Assembly: GCA_964594455.1 (NCBI GenBank)
Contig: CAZQLY010000001.1
Location: forward strand, 97 to 64,096
Length of the DNA stretch: 64,000 bases
DNA from: an uncultured Gammaproteobacteria bacterium
GTDB taxonomy: Bacteria > Patescibacteriota > Patescibacteriia > JAHIZJ01
Direction of reading: 5' to 3'
The position numbers and the translations under genes are program-made. Positions 46,269-55,476 of this stretch are shown piece after piece. Within the stretch, counting starts at the first letter, position 1. Every line of letters starts with the position of its first letter. The notes beneath the pieces are model-generated. The model made no database searches. It was given only the letters and a program-made list of their open reading frames with translations, and was not told the origin of the DNA.

Positions 46269-47510
46269 ATGCCACGCAAAAACACCAACAATAATGCAAC
46301 TAAGAAGAAGAGCGTAAAGAATGGTAAAAACAGTAAGACTAAAACCCAGAATAATGTTGTTGCCGCTGAGACGGATCCCAATGAGACTAAAAAGGCCCGA
46401 AAAGAGATATTAGAGATTATCAGTCAGGATAATATCGATAACAACACAGTCAAAGAGCCAAAAAGCCAGCCCAAAAAAGAGGTGGTCAGCGAGTCTCCCA
46501 AAGAATCTCCCATAGAGCCCCCCCAAGAGTCAGCGAAGGCTAAAGTAGAAACCAAAGCCAAACCTCAAATAGGGGTAGGCCGAAAAATTGGTTTAGCAGC
46601 TTTGGCCGTGGTATTGGTTTTTGTGGTAGCGATTGGTGTTTTTGCTGTTGGTCTATATGGCTATGGTTGGGATGATGAAATGATTACCCAAAGAGTGGTC
46701 AAGGTTATTCCTTTTCCGGCAGCTATCGTCCAAAACAGCCCAGTAACTTACAGCCAATTTTTCAATGATCTTAGCGCTCTAGAACAGTATTATCAAAAAC
46801 AATACGAGTTAAATCCGGACGCAGTAACTATACCATCTAAGGAAGAGCTGCAATCAGTGATAATGGACAAATTGATACAGGACAAACTCTTACTCAAGCA
46901 GTTGCGTGAAGCCGGATTAAAAGTAACTCAGAACGACATTGATGAAGAATTGGCCAATGTGATTGCTGAATCCGGTGGCGAGGAAACTCTAGCTAAATCA
47001 TTGAATGAATTATACGGTTGGACTATTGATGATTTTACCGACAGTATTTTGAGAATATATTTGGCTCGAGAAAAAATGCAGGGTTATCTGTCATTTAACG
47101 AATCTCTGTCTTTTAACCAAGAAGCCAAAGAACGAATTGAGGAAGTAGCAGATAAGTTAAAAAACGGCGAGTTGGATTTCAAAGAAGCGGCTGCCCAATA
47201 CAGCGAGGATGTTACAGCCTCTAATGGTGGTAGTCTGGGGTTTCTTGCCAAGGATGAGCTGGAAGATAATTTTGCCCAGGTAGCCTTTTCTCTAGAAGAA
47301 GGCGAAACTAGCGATGTCGTGCACACTTTGTATGGGTACCACATTATCAAAGTGGAAGAAGTAATTATGGGAGTTGATTCTGAAGGAGAAGCAGACGCCG
47401 ATGGAGAAGAGCGACGCAATCTTTCTCATATTTTGATTAAAACCAAAGATTTGGATGAATGGTTGAACGAGTTACTAAACAATTCAAAAGTCTATAACTT
47501 TGTACAATAA
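46269..47510 (+). CDS. membrane-anchored PpiC/parvulin-type peptidyl-prolyl isomerase (PrsA/SurA-like)
   Basis: C-terminal parvulin ...ASNGGSLGFLAKDELEDNFAQVAFSLEEGETSDVVHTLYGYHIIKVEE. Confidence 0.7.
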   Translation: MPRKNTNNNATKKKSVKNGKNSKTKTQNNVVAAETDPNETKKARKEILEIISQDNIDNNTVKEPKSQPKKEVVSESPKESPIEPPQESAKAKVETKAKPQIGVGRKIGLAALAVVLVFVVAIGVFAVGLYGYGWDDEMITQRVVKVIPFPAAIVQNSPVTYSQFFNDLSALEQYYQKQYELNPDAVTIPSKEELQSVIMDKLIQDKLLLKQLREAGLKVTQNDIDEELANVIAESGGEETLAKSLNELYGWTIDDFTDSILRIYLAREKMQGYLSFNESLSFNQEAKERIEEVADKLKNGELDFKEAAAQYSEDVTASNGGSLGFLAKDELEDNFAQVAFSLEEGETSDVVHTLYGYHIIKVEEVIMGVDSEGEADADGEERRNLSHILIKTKDLDEWLNELLNNSKVYNFVQ

Positions 47511-47585
47511 ATGAGATCAAAATAGCCGCCAGTTGTGTTGGCGGTTGTTTTGTGTGGATATGGTTTTTAATCTGTTAAGAATTTT

Positions 47586-47661
47586 TGGAGCCGATGGTCG
47601 GAATCGAACCGACAACCTCTCCCTTACGAAGGGATTGCTCTACCAATTGAGCTACATCGGC
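47586..47661 (-). tRNA. tRNA-Thr (anticodon CGU)
   Basis: Cloverleaf read by hand. D-arm UAGCUCAAUUGGUAGAGC, anticodon loop UUCGUAA, T-arm GGUUCGAUUCC. CCA encoded. Confidence 0.85.
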
Positions 47662-47805
47662 GTGTTATAAGTTGCTCTACCCGCCTCGACTCGCCGCTCA
47701 CTTTGTCACGGTTTTGCGAGATGAGTCTCGGCGAGGCGGGCCCAGCCTAGACTTGCCTTCTCGGCGAGGCGGGCCAGCTGAGCTACTTCGGCCTAAACAA
47801 CTTGA

Positions 47806-48576
47806 TTGTACCAAATATTTATGAATGATCAAACTGTCAAAACTGGTTTACTTTGGAGCGGTGTAGACAACATGCCAGCCATTATCTTGATTCATGGTTT
47901 TACAGGCAGTCCATACGAGTTAGAAGGGTTTGCTGAACAGCTTAATCATGCGGGTTTTACTGTTTTGAGGTCAAAGCTGGCTGGACATGGAACTACTCCA
48001 GCAGATTTAAATAAACAAAAGGAGACCGATTGGATTAAGGGGTTAGTAGCTGAATACCAACAACTGTCGGCTCGTTATAACACTATCTACATTGTAGGTA
48101 TCTCGTTTGGGGGAGTTGTGGCCCTGGAGGCAATCAGGAGAAAGCTGATCGACCCCAAAGGGATTATTACGATCAGCACTCCGGTTTTTATGCCCAAGGA
48201 AAAATCCCAAAAATGGGTGGTACCGATTTTACGCTATTTAAAAAGAAGTGTTAAAAAATCTTGGGTCAAACCAGAGGATTATGGAAAGTATGAGGAGTGG
48301 AAAGTGTACACAAAAATTCCTTTGCACGCCCTATATTATTCAAACAAACTGACCGTAATGGTAAGGGAAAGGCTCAACGAAATATCATTGCCCATAATGA
48401 TAATTCATTCAAAGAAAGATCCCGTAGTTGATTCGCTCAATGCTGAATATCTTTACAACCGTATTGGATCTAGTAATAAGATATTGGAATTAACAGAGGA
48501 GCCCAATCACAGTATCTGGAAAGTAAATACGGTACAAATTGTAGAAAAGATTATGCAATTTATTAAAACAACATAG
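47806..48576 (+). CDS. alpha/beta hydrolase (carboxylesterase/monoacylglycerol-lipase-like)
   Basis: LIHGFTGSPYE and GISFGG (GxSxG). Probable true start ATG 47821. Confidence 0.65.
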   Translation: MYQIFMNDQTVKTGLLWSGVDNMPAIILIHGFTGSPYELEGFAEQLNHAGFTVLRSKLAGHGTTPADLNKQKETDWIKGLVAEYQQLSARYNTIYIVGISFGGVVALEAIRRKLIDPKGIITISTPVFMPKEKSQKWVVPILRYLKRSVKKSWVKPEDYGKYEEWKVYTKIPLHALYYSNKLTVMVRERLNEISLPIMIIHSKKDPVVDSLNAEYLYNRIGSSNKILELTEEPNHSIWKVNTVQIVEKIMQFIKTT

Positions 48577-48577
48577 T

Positions 48578-48982
48578 ATGAAGAACTCAATTCTTTTAGT
48601 CGAAGACGAACGTGATTTGATCAAAATGTATCGAGATATATTTAACCGGCACAAAAAGTTTGATTTACTGACAGCCGAGAATAAAGTTGATGGGATACAA
48701 ACGATCAAGAAACATCAGCCAGGGGTTATTTTGCTGGATTTAATAATTCCAGAGGAGCCAGGCGGAATGGTGGCTTATGACCAAAGAGTGGGATTTGATT
48801 TATTACGAGAAATTAGATCTGAACCGAATTTAAATAAATTGAGATTCTTTGTATTCAGCAATATTGATACACACGAAGACCGCCAAACTTCAGATGAGTT
48901 GGGCGTTCAGGAATATTTGTTGAAAGCTGATTATACACCAACTGGGTTGATCAAAAAGTTAGAAAAAAACATTATCGGATGA
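48578..48982 (+). CDS. stand-alone response-regulator receiver domain (CheY-like)
   Basis: ILLVEDE...VILLDLIIP and conserved Asp pocket. Confidence 0.7.
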   Translation: MKNSILLVEDERDLIKMYRDIFNRHKKFDLLTAENKVDGIQTIKKHQPGVILLDLIIPEEPGGMVAYDQRVGFDLLREIRSEPNLNKLRFFVFSNIDTHEDRQTSDELGVQEYLLKADYTPTGLIKKLEKNIIG

Positions 48983-48984
48983 TC

Positions 48985-49058
48985 TGGAGCGGGATACGAG
49001 ACTCGAACTCGCCTCTCTTGCTTGGGAAGCAAGCGTACTACCCCTGTACTAATCCCGC
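48985..49058 (-). tRNA. tRNA-Gly (anticodon CCC)
   Basis: Anticodon arm CUUGC-UUCCCAA-GCAAG. T-arm GGUUCGAGUCUCG. CCA encoded. Confidence 0.85.
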
Positions 49059-49089
49059 TGGAAGATATTATCGAACACGACTATGTCGC

Positions 49090-49111
49090 ACCTGCCTGCC
49101 GGCAGGCAGGT
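49090..49111. repeat. perfect 22-bp palindrome acctgcctgccggcaggcaggt
   Basis: Read directly. Lies between tRNA-Gly and the RlpA-like gene. Confidence 0.7.
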
Positions 49112-49141
49112 ATTACCACTATACTACACCCGCAGCATTAA

Positions 49142-50374
49142 TTGACAATTTTTGAAAAAGAAGTTTTACTTATACTGTTACTCATGACCATTATAACGGC
49201 CAAAAAAGCTATAAGTCAAACGGTTTTCTCCGGTCTAGCTTGTCTGGGGATTTTTTTAGTATTTACTACTCCGGCTCAAGCCCAGGAACGTTTAGCAGAC
49301 GTTCATCTGGATACTGCTACAATTGAAAAAGGCTATACAGTTTCTACGCCTGAAAGCAACTTCCGTTTGGGCGTTTTGCCCGGAGTTTTGCATCAAACAG
49401 TCAAGGTTACTCTCAAGACATTTGACGCTGAGGATATAACATTGCCGGAAAACAAGATTTTGGTCAGCCCCTTGATCGAATATGATCTCAGAGGAGATAC
49501 AAATCCTTTGCTGATTGATCAGCCTTTGGCTTTAACTTTTTCTTATGAGTCAGACAATTACTATCCTAAAAAAGTTTATTTCTGGAATTCAACGACTGGG
49601 GGTTGGGTAGAACTACCCGGCCAAGAAGTTTGGGACCAATCATTAGTTCAGGCGGTGAGTCATTTGCCTTACTCTGTTTTAGCAGTCTTTGAAGATTTAC
49701 CGCCCAGTCATGCTGTGGCCTCGTTCGACTTTTTGTCTGAGGACGCTGCTTTGGGTCAGAGCGTGGCTTTTGATGATCGGTCTTTTAAGGTGGAAATGGT
49801 TGAAGGTGCCGTCCAAAACAGGGTTAAGATAAATTTAAAAGACAAAGAAGTACTCCCGGGCGATGTACCTGAGGGACTGACTCTAGTCTCTCCATTGTAT
49901 CAATTTCATGTTTACACAACTGAAGAGGAGACTGTAGCCGAGCCGATGTATGTGAATGTTAAATATTACTCTCCCAACTTAACTGAAAAATCATTACGCT
50001 ATTGGGATGGTAATAGGAATGATTGGGTGGAATTACCCAGTGACGTTGATTATGATGGCTGGAAAGTGCGAGGTATGATACATTTACCTTATGCCGTGGT
50101 TGGCGTCTTTGAAACGGATGAAATAACAGTCCAGGAAGGGGTGGCCAGCTGGTATTACAGTAGCCGATATCCGTTTGGGGCGGCCAATAATGAGTTTGAG
50201 TATGACACTCAGCTCCGGGTAACAAATTTGGAAAACGGCCAGTCGGTAGTAGTAACTGTTGTTTCGCGTGGCCCTTTTGTGCCAGGCAGGGTAATAGACT
50301 TGTCCAAAACCGCTTTTTCCGAAATAGCCGATGCCTGGCAAGGAGTAATTAACGTAAGAGTGGAAAAATTATAG
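49142..50374 (+). CDS. secreted RlpA-like (double-psi beta-barrel) lytic transglycosylase-family protein
   Basis: Signal peptide. C-terminal DPBB EGVASWYYSSRYPFG...RVTNLENGQSVVVTVVSRGPFVPGRVIDLSKTAF. Confidence 0.65.
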   Translation: MTIFEKEVLLILLLMTIITAKKAISQTVFSGLACLGIFLVFTTPAQAQERLADVHLDTATIEKGYTVSTPESNFRLGVLPGVLHQTVKVTLKTFDAEDITLPENKILVSPLIEYDLRGDTNPLLIDQPLALTFSYESDNYYPKKVYFWNSTTGGWVELPGQEVWDQSLVQAVSHLPYSVLAVFEDLPPSHAVASFDFLSEDAALGQSVAFDDRSFKVEMVEGAVQNRVKINLKDKEVLPGDVPEGLTLVSPLYQFHVYTTEEETVAEPMYVNVKYYSPNLTEKSLRYWDGNRNDWVELPSDVDYDGWKVRGMIHLPYAVVGVFETDEITVQEGVASWYYSSRYPFGAANNEFEYDTQLRVTNLENGQSVVVTVVSRGPFVPGRVIDLSKTAFSEIADAWQGVINVRVEKL

Positions 50375-50377
50375 ACC

Positions 50378-51058
50378 ATGATACGCTTTAAAAACGTAAC
50401 CAAGGTATTTAAACCAGAAACCATGGCCTTAAAGGGCCTCAGTCTTCATATCCGTCCGGGAGAATTTGTTTCCGTCGTTGGACAGTCTGGTACTGGGAAA
50501 ACAACCTTGGCGCGTTTGATAATTGCTGAGGAAAAAGTATCTAAAGGCAAGATAGTTGTGGGTGGCTGGGATATTACCAATATCAAACAAAACGAAGTGC
50601 CCATTCTCCGGAGGCAGATCGGGGTGGTTTTTCAAGATTTTAAGCTATTGCCCAGAAAGACTGTTTATGAAAATGTGGCTTTTGCCTTGGAAGTGGCTGG
50701 AGCTCAGCCGGAAAAGATGAGAAACATCGTTCCCCAGGCTTTAAAGATAGTAAACCTAGAAAAGAAATTTGACCGTTTTCCTAATCAACTGTCGGGCGGA
50801 GAACAGCAGCGTGTCGTGATTGCTCGCTCATTAGTGCATCGACCCAAGATTATTATTGCCGATGAGCCAACTGGCAACTTGGACTCAATCAATGTTCAAG
50901 AGATTATAGACTTATTATTGAAGATCAATAAATTTGGAACCACTGTAGTGTTAGTTACTCACAATCGAGACATTGTTAATTCTTTGCGTAAACGTGTCAT
51001 TACCCTGGATCAAGGTCAAATAATATCAGATCAAGAGGCTGGTAAGTATTTACTCTAA
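50378..51058 (+). CDS. ftsE: cell-division ABC ATPase FtsE
   Basis: Walker [10 protein letters not shown]. Signature LSGGEQQRV. Confidence 0.85.
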   Translation: MIRFKNVTKVFKPETMALKGLSLHIRPGEFVSVVGQSGTGKTTLARLIIAEEKVSKGKIVVGGWDITNIKQNEVPILRRQIGVVFQDFKLLPRKTVYENVAFALEVAGAQPEKMRNIVPQALKIVNLEKKFDRFPNQLSGGEQQRVVIARSLVHRPKIIIADEPTGNLDSINVQEIIDLLLKINKFGTTVVLVTHNRDIVNSLRKRVITLDQGQIISDQEAGKYLL

Positions 51059-51062
51059 TAAT

Positions 51063-51974
51063 ATGATTTCTCTTTATCGAGCTCTTAAATTCGCCTTTCA
51101 AAGTTTTTACCGAAACTTCTGGTTGTCAGCTGCAACAATTTTGATTTTGGTTTTGACGCTTTTTGCCGTTAGCTTGTTGGGTACCATAAACTTGATCGGC
51201 GATCGGGCTATCCAGTCGGTCAAAGACAAAGTTGATTTGAGCGTCTACTTTTATCCTGATGTGGCAGAAAAGGAAGTTAAAACAGTCCAAGCTCAGCTGC
51301 AGTCATTATCTAGCGTTAAAACCATAGAGTATATACCAGAAGAAGAAGCTCTCGAACAATTTAAAGAAAAGCACCAGGATGATCCGGTAATCCAGGAGAC
51401 TTTGGAAATATTAGAAGATAATCCTCTGGGAGCCACGTTAGTTATCCAGGCCAAGGATATTGATCGCTATGCTGAAATATCCGAAGTCTTGGCTGATCCG
51501 GATTACGCTGAACTGATTTATGATAAAGATATTGAAGATTATCAAACCGTTATACAGCGTTTGGGCAATCTAACGGATCGGATTTATCAGATAGCCTTGA
51601 TAGTTAGCTTAATATTTGTGATAGTGGCCGTGCTAGTAATTTTCAATACCATTCGTATTACTATTTATACCCACCGGGAAGAAATCGGCATTATGAGGCT
51701 AGTCGGTGCTACTAACTGGTTTATTCGCGGACCTTTCATTTTGGAAAGCGTGATTTATGCCGTTATCGGAACAGTCATTACTACTGGCATCCTTTACCCA
51801 ATCCTCAGAGTGGCCTCACCTAGAATCAGTGATTTTTTTGATGGTTATAATTTAAACCTATCGACTTATTTTGCCGATCACTTCCTGGAAATATTTGCTC
51901 TCCAGCTGATAGTGGCTATAGTTTTGGCGGTAGTTTCGTCAATCGTAGCAGTGGGCCGGCATTTACGGGTTTAG
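51063..51974 (+). CDS. ftsX: cell-division permease FtsX
   Basis: 4-TM FtsX topology immediately after ftsE. Confidence 0.8.
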   Translation: MISLYRALKFAFQSFYRNFWLSAATILILVLTLFAVSLLGTINLIGDRAIQSVKDKVDLSVYFYPDVAEKEVKTVQAQLQSLSSVKTIEYIPEEEALEQFKEKHQDDPVIQETLEILEDNPLGATLVIQAKDIDRYAEISEVLADPDYAELIYDKDIEDYQTVIQRLGNLTDRIYQIALIVSLIFVIVAVLVIFNTIRITIYTHREEIGIMRLVGATNWFIRGPFILESVIYAVIGTVITTGILYPILRVASPRISDFFDGYNLNLSTYFADHFLEIFALQLIVAIVLAVVSSIVAVGRHLRV

Positions 51975-51997
51975 TAAAATAAAAATCACGGCCTTAG

Positions 51998-52068
51998 CTG
52001 CCGGACCAGGATTCGAACCTGGATAGCCGCCTTCAAAGGGCGGAGTCCTACCGTTAGACGATCCGGCA
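51998..52068 (-). tRNA. tRNA-Gln (anticodon UUG)
   Basis: U1-A72, G73. Anticodon arm CCGCC-CUUUGAA-GGCGG. T-arm CCAGG-UUCGAAU-CCUGG. CCA not encoded. Confidence 0.8.
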
Positions 52069-52132
52069 GCCAAAACCGCGAAATATTTGACTTACTTAAT
52101 AGATTCTAGCAGATTTAGTTAAAAATTCAAGT

Positions 52133-52501
52133 ATGGGTAGTATAATAGAGACAAACGATACGCTCCAGATCACTCGGGAACAAGGATTTCCTGAGGAGTT
52201 GGATTATGATCAGCATCAAGCCAAACCTTTTACAGCTGACGATTTCAAGGACCGGGTATTTGAATTCCAGGACAAGCCAAAGGTTAGGATCTTCCACGCT
52301 CCACCTGTACGCAATTTCCTGGTTGAGAACAGAGATGGTAAATGGATCTATTGGGGATTGATTCACGTTATCGAAGAAACACACGATTTAGTTAAGCAGA
52401 CTACGTCCGGTAAATTTACCATCAAATATATTTACACACCCGAAGAAATGAAAAAAGCTCAGGACATGCTGGATCGTCGGCCGGACGTAACAATAAAATA
52501 A
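52133..52501 (+). CDS. hypothetical protein
   Basis: 122-aa ORF. No motif recognised. Confidence 0.4.
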   Translation: MGSIIETNDTLQITREQGFPEELDYDQHQAKPFTADDFKDRVFEFQDKPKVRIFHAPPVRNFLVENRDGKWIYWGLIHVIEETHDLVKQTTSGKFTIKYIYTPEEMKKAQDMLDRRPDVTIK

Positions 52502-52503
52502 CA

Positions 52504-53460
52504 ATGAGATATTTCACACGCGGACCATTGCTAATAATGATTGCAGCTGCCTTGTGGGCTCTGGATGGATTGATACGTTCTCATTTGACGGAAAACATTC
52601 CGTCAATCGCTATCGTCTTCTATGAGCATTTAGTGGGCTTTATTTTACTGCTGCCGTTTTTTATTAAAGCTTGGAAATCATATAAGACCTTAAACGCCGT
52701 CGAATGGATTCAGTTCATTATTTTAGTATTAGTCAGCAGTGTTTTGGGAACTGCTTTATTCACTGAGGCTTTTGCCCGTAGTGCTGAGTTTTATGATTTT
52801 GTTACTCCAAATCTATTGCAGAAACTTCAGCCGGTATTTGTGGTTTTCTTTTCCTGGTTGATGTTAAGAGAGAAGATTAGCATGAGGTTTATTTCTCTAG
52901 CCGGATTGGCGTTGGTGGGCAGTTACTTGGTAACGTTCGGCTCCGAAACAATTGATTTTTCATTTACCGGCAAAGAAATGGTTTTTGTCCTGGCGATTGG
53001 TGCCGCCCTAGCTTGGGGGTTTGGTACGATATTGAGCAAGCGCGTTTTACAAAAATTATCGTTTAGCGGAGCTACAGCCATGCGGTTTGGGCTAGCTATA
53101 CCAATTAGCTTTATATTCATGCTAGTTCAAGGTAAAAGTTACACCCCAACTGATATTAGCGGGGCGCAGTGGTTACTGTTTTTAGCAATTGCTATAGCTA
53201 CAGGTGCCGGAGCTATATTAATCTATTACCGGGGTTTAAAGATCACCCAAGCCAAAGTTTCTACCTTTGCCGAATTAATGTATCCAATCATGAGTTTAAT
53301 CATTGCTACCACGGCCTGGAATCCTTTTGGTGAACCTCAGAAACTAATGGCCGCTCAAATCGCAGGCATTGTAATATTAATTGGTGCAATTATAGCTATT
53401 GGATTAACAGAATCTCCCTCGAGAAATAATAAAGCAATTGACACTCCGGCCTCAGTTTGA
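52504..53460 (+). CDS. EamA/DMT-family transporter (10 TM)
   Basis: Two EamA-like halves. Confidence 0.7.
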   Translation: MRYFTRGPLLIMIAAALWALDGLIRSHLTENIPSIAIVFYEHLVGFILLLPFFIKAWKSYKTLNAVEWIQFIILVLVSSVLGTALFTEAFARSAEFYDFVTPNLLQKLQPVFVVFFSWLMLREKISMRFISLAGLALVGSYLVTFGSETIDFSFTGKEMVFVLAIGAALAWGFGTILSKRVLQKLSFSGATAMRFGLAIPISFIFMLVQGKSYTPTDISGAQWLLFLAIAIATGAGAILIYYRGLKITQAKVSTFAELMYPIMSLIIATTAWNPFGEPQKLMAAQIAGIVILIGAIIAIGLTESPSRNNKAIDTPASV

Positions 53461-53597
53461 TACAATTAAAATATATGAAATCAAGAAGCAACAACCAAGC
53501 CAATAATAATAACCAGTTCTGACTGGCTTGAGTTAGTTTTGTATAAAGATGAGCCAGTCATAGAACGACTGGTCGTTTTAGTTATTGGCCTCAGTGT

Positions 53598-53670
53598 TCC
53601 GGGATAGTTTAATTGGTAAAACCCTGCACTGTTAATGCAGTGACTCCAGGTTCAAGTCCTGGTCCCGGAG
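53598..53670 (+). tRNA. tRNA-Asn (anticodon GUU)
   Basis: Acceptor UCCGGGA/UCCCGGA. Anticodon loop CUGUUAA. T-arm CCAGG-UUCAAGU-CCUGG. Discriminator G. CCA not encoded. Confidence 0.85.
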
Positions 53671-53678
53671 CATTGAGG
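53664..53678 (+). repeat. 15-bp direct repeat cccggagcattgagg (copy 1, tRNA-Asn 3' end); copy 2 at 54709-54723
   Basis: Exact 15-nt match. att-like. Confidence 0.6.
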
Positions 53679-53947
53679 CTTATTTATTATAGAATCTTGA
53701 CATTTACTGAATAATATGATATCATGTTCTGTCTGTTCATTACACATACTATTTACTTGTCACGTTTTACAACGGGATAAACTCCGTGGCCATAGCTAAA
53801 AGCGACCGGAGGTCGCCCTGAACTTGATTCAGGGTCTATGAGATTTTGAAACAAGTTCAGAATGACAAACTGGACGGTCGTTTCTAGCTATGGCTGCACG
53901 GTGTAGCCACAAGCAAAAACGGCCAAAAAACATAAGGAGGTCTGACC

Positions 53948-54571
53948 ATGTCGGAAGGCATGCTCGGCAATCTCTCGCTCTCCGAGGTACGGGGACCGAA
54001 GAACGACCTGGATGAGAAACTCGCCAGCAAGCAAGGCCACATGTGGCTTCGCGCCCTGAACCGTTTTCTCCGCCGGGAGAATCCGTGGGGTATTCCTCAG
54101 AACATCGAGGTGACCACAAGAGGCCGCACGGGCGAACAGTGTATAACCTCTCTGGAGGAGCAGAACTTCCGCCTTGGAAGCTATGGGAAAGAACTGCTCC
54201 GAAGCGAGGCGTTTATTGCCACCAACGGCACCATCTACAATCTCGTCGTCATCTATGGTAACGAGTTCGAAGACAGTGAACGTACGAACGCCAACATCAG
54301 AGCCGAAGGGACGCTACGCGGCTATCTCACCCCTCCGATGGAAGTCGCGCCTTACCTGCGTGAAATGTTCTCGGATGAAGACCTGGAACAGATAGGCATC
54401 TGGGCGCTTGTCGTTATGCACGAACCCGTTAACGCTTCGGACGGCTTTGCGCTCGTGCTCGGTGACATCCGCGGCGTTGAGGGTCGATGGCTGGGCACGT
54501 ACGACGGTCACCCTGGCGGCAGGTGGAGTCGTGAGTACGGTTTCGTATTCCTCGCTCCCGCAAGTAATTAG
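53948..54571 (+). CDS. high-GC hypothetical protein (island cargo)
   Basis: RBS AAGGAGG. 207 aa. About 58% G+C. 230-nt structured leader. Confidence 0.5.
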   Translation: MSEGMLGNLSLSEVRGPKNDLDEKLASKQGHMWLRALNRFLRRENPWGIPQNIEVTTRGRTGEQCITSLEEQNFRLGSYGKELLRSEAFIATNGTIYNLVVIYGNEFEDSERTNANIRAEGTLRGYLTPPMEVAPYLREMFSDEDLEQIGIWALVVMHEPVNASDGFALVLGDIRGVEGRWLGTYDGHPGGRWSREYGFVFLAPASN

Positions 54572-54638
54572 CTCTTAGAAATTGTGTTCTTAGGTCTCCT
54601 TGACTTTAGAACTCAGCTCTTAGGACTTTGTCCGCTCG

Positions 54639-54695
54639 ACCCGCGCTGTCCTCCTACGCTAAAGCTACGGAGGATGGCGCGGGTGTTTTTTATTT
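54639..54695 (+). terminator. strong nested intrinsic terminator (acccgcgc...gcgcgggt + T-run)
   Basis: Read directly. Confidence 0.6.
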
Positions 54696-54966
54696 TCAAA
54701 AAGTAGCCCCCGGAGCATTGAGGTCAAATGACCATTGACCGAGTTTATGAATGCTGCTAAAATAATTTTGAAACTTATACACATGTCTAACACCAAGCGC
54801 CAACTTAACCGAATTATTAGAAAAGACATTCGTTTTTTCTTTTCTTTTGGTTTTGCGGGCGGTGGAGCATAGAGACAAAGTAGCTACTAGGACACCAAGT
54901 CCAATGACTACCGCCCAAAAGACCAGGCGGTGTTTTTGTTTGCACCTTAAATCAAGGAGGAGAGAA

Positions 54967-55353
54967 ATGAGCTTTGTTAGACATCCTGGTTTTACTGATC
55001 GGGAGTTGAGAGCGCTGAAAGGAGGTGAACAGATGGATTCGGCATTCTGTGGAGATCTGGGCTGGGAAGACGATGACAATCTGCGAGTGGTTAGAGGACG
55101 TATAGTGGATCGAAGTGCACGGGCCGAAGAGCTATGCCGTCAGGCGGCTACCGAAGATCGGGAAGAAGATCTAAGACAAGTCTTAGTAGCAGAGCTGTCC
55201 AAGGATGAGCGGGGTGGTCGCCGAGCCTCCAGATTCTGGCTGACCGTGCCTTTTGGTGAGGCCCCGGGGGTTACTATTCGTATCGAGCCTGACGGCAGGT
55301 GTATCGAAGATGCTACCGGCAGAGTAATCCACCGGCTGGGTAAACAAGTTTAG
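54967..55353 (+). CDS. high-GC hypothetical protein (128 aa)
   Basis: RBS AAGGAGGAG 5 nt upstream of ATG 54967. The longer ORF-track start 54847 is not supported. Confidence 0.45.
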   Translation: MSFVRHPGFTDRELRALKGGEQMDSAFCGDLGWEDDDNLRVVRGRIVDRSARAEELCRQAATEDREEDLRQVLVAELSKDERGGRRASRFWLTVPFGEAPGVTIRIEPDGRCIEDATGRVIHRLGKQV

Positions 55354-55476
55354 TTGAGAAAATTGTTCATTCATTGAAAAGCGACCTAATTTCGGCCGCT
55401 TTTTTTTATTTCTTGATTTAAAGTGTAATATTTCATATAATTTAAGAAGAGTATTAAGCCTTTTATTAAAAAACTT

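Noticed and set aside
47720-47800. Second tRNA gene next to tRNA-Thr
   Set aside because: Only a D-arm-like GUAGCUCAGCUGG string is present. No anticodon or T arms could be folded, so it is treated as a remnant or repeat, not a gene.
54696-55079. Minus-strand 127-aa ORF with a hydrophobic segment between the island and the 54967 gene
   Set aside because: No internal ATG start in the plausible part. Overlaps the RBS and start of the + strand gene. Could still be a small protein with a non-ATG start, but unsupported.
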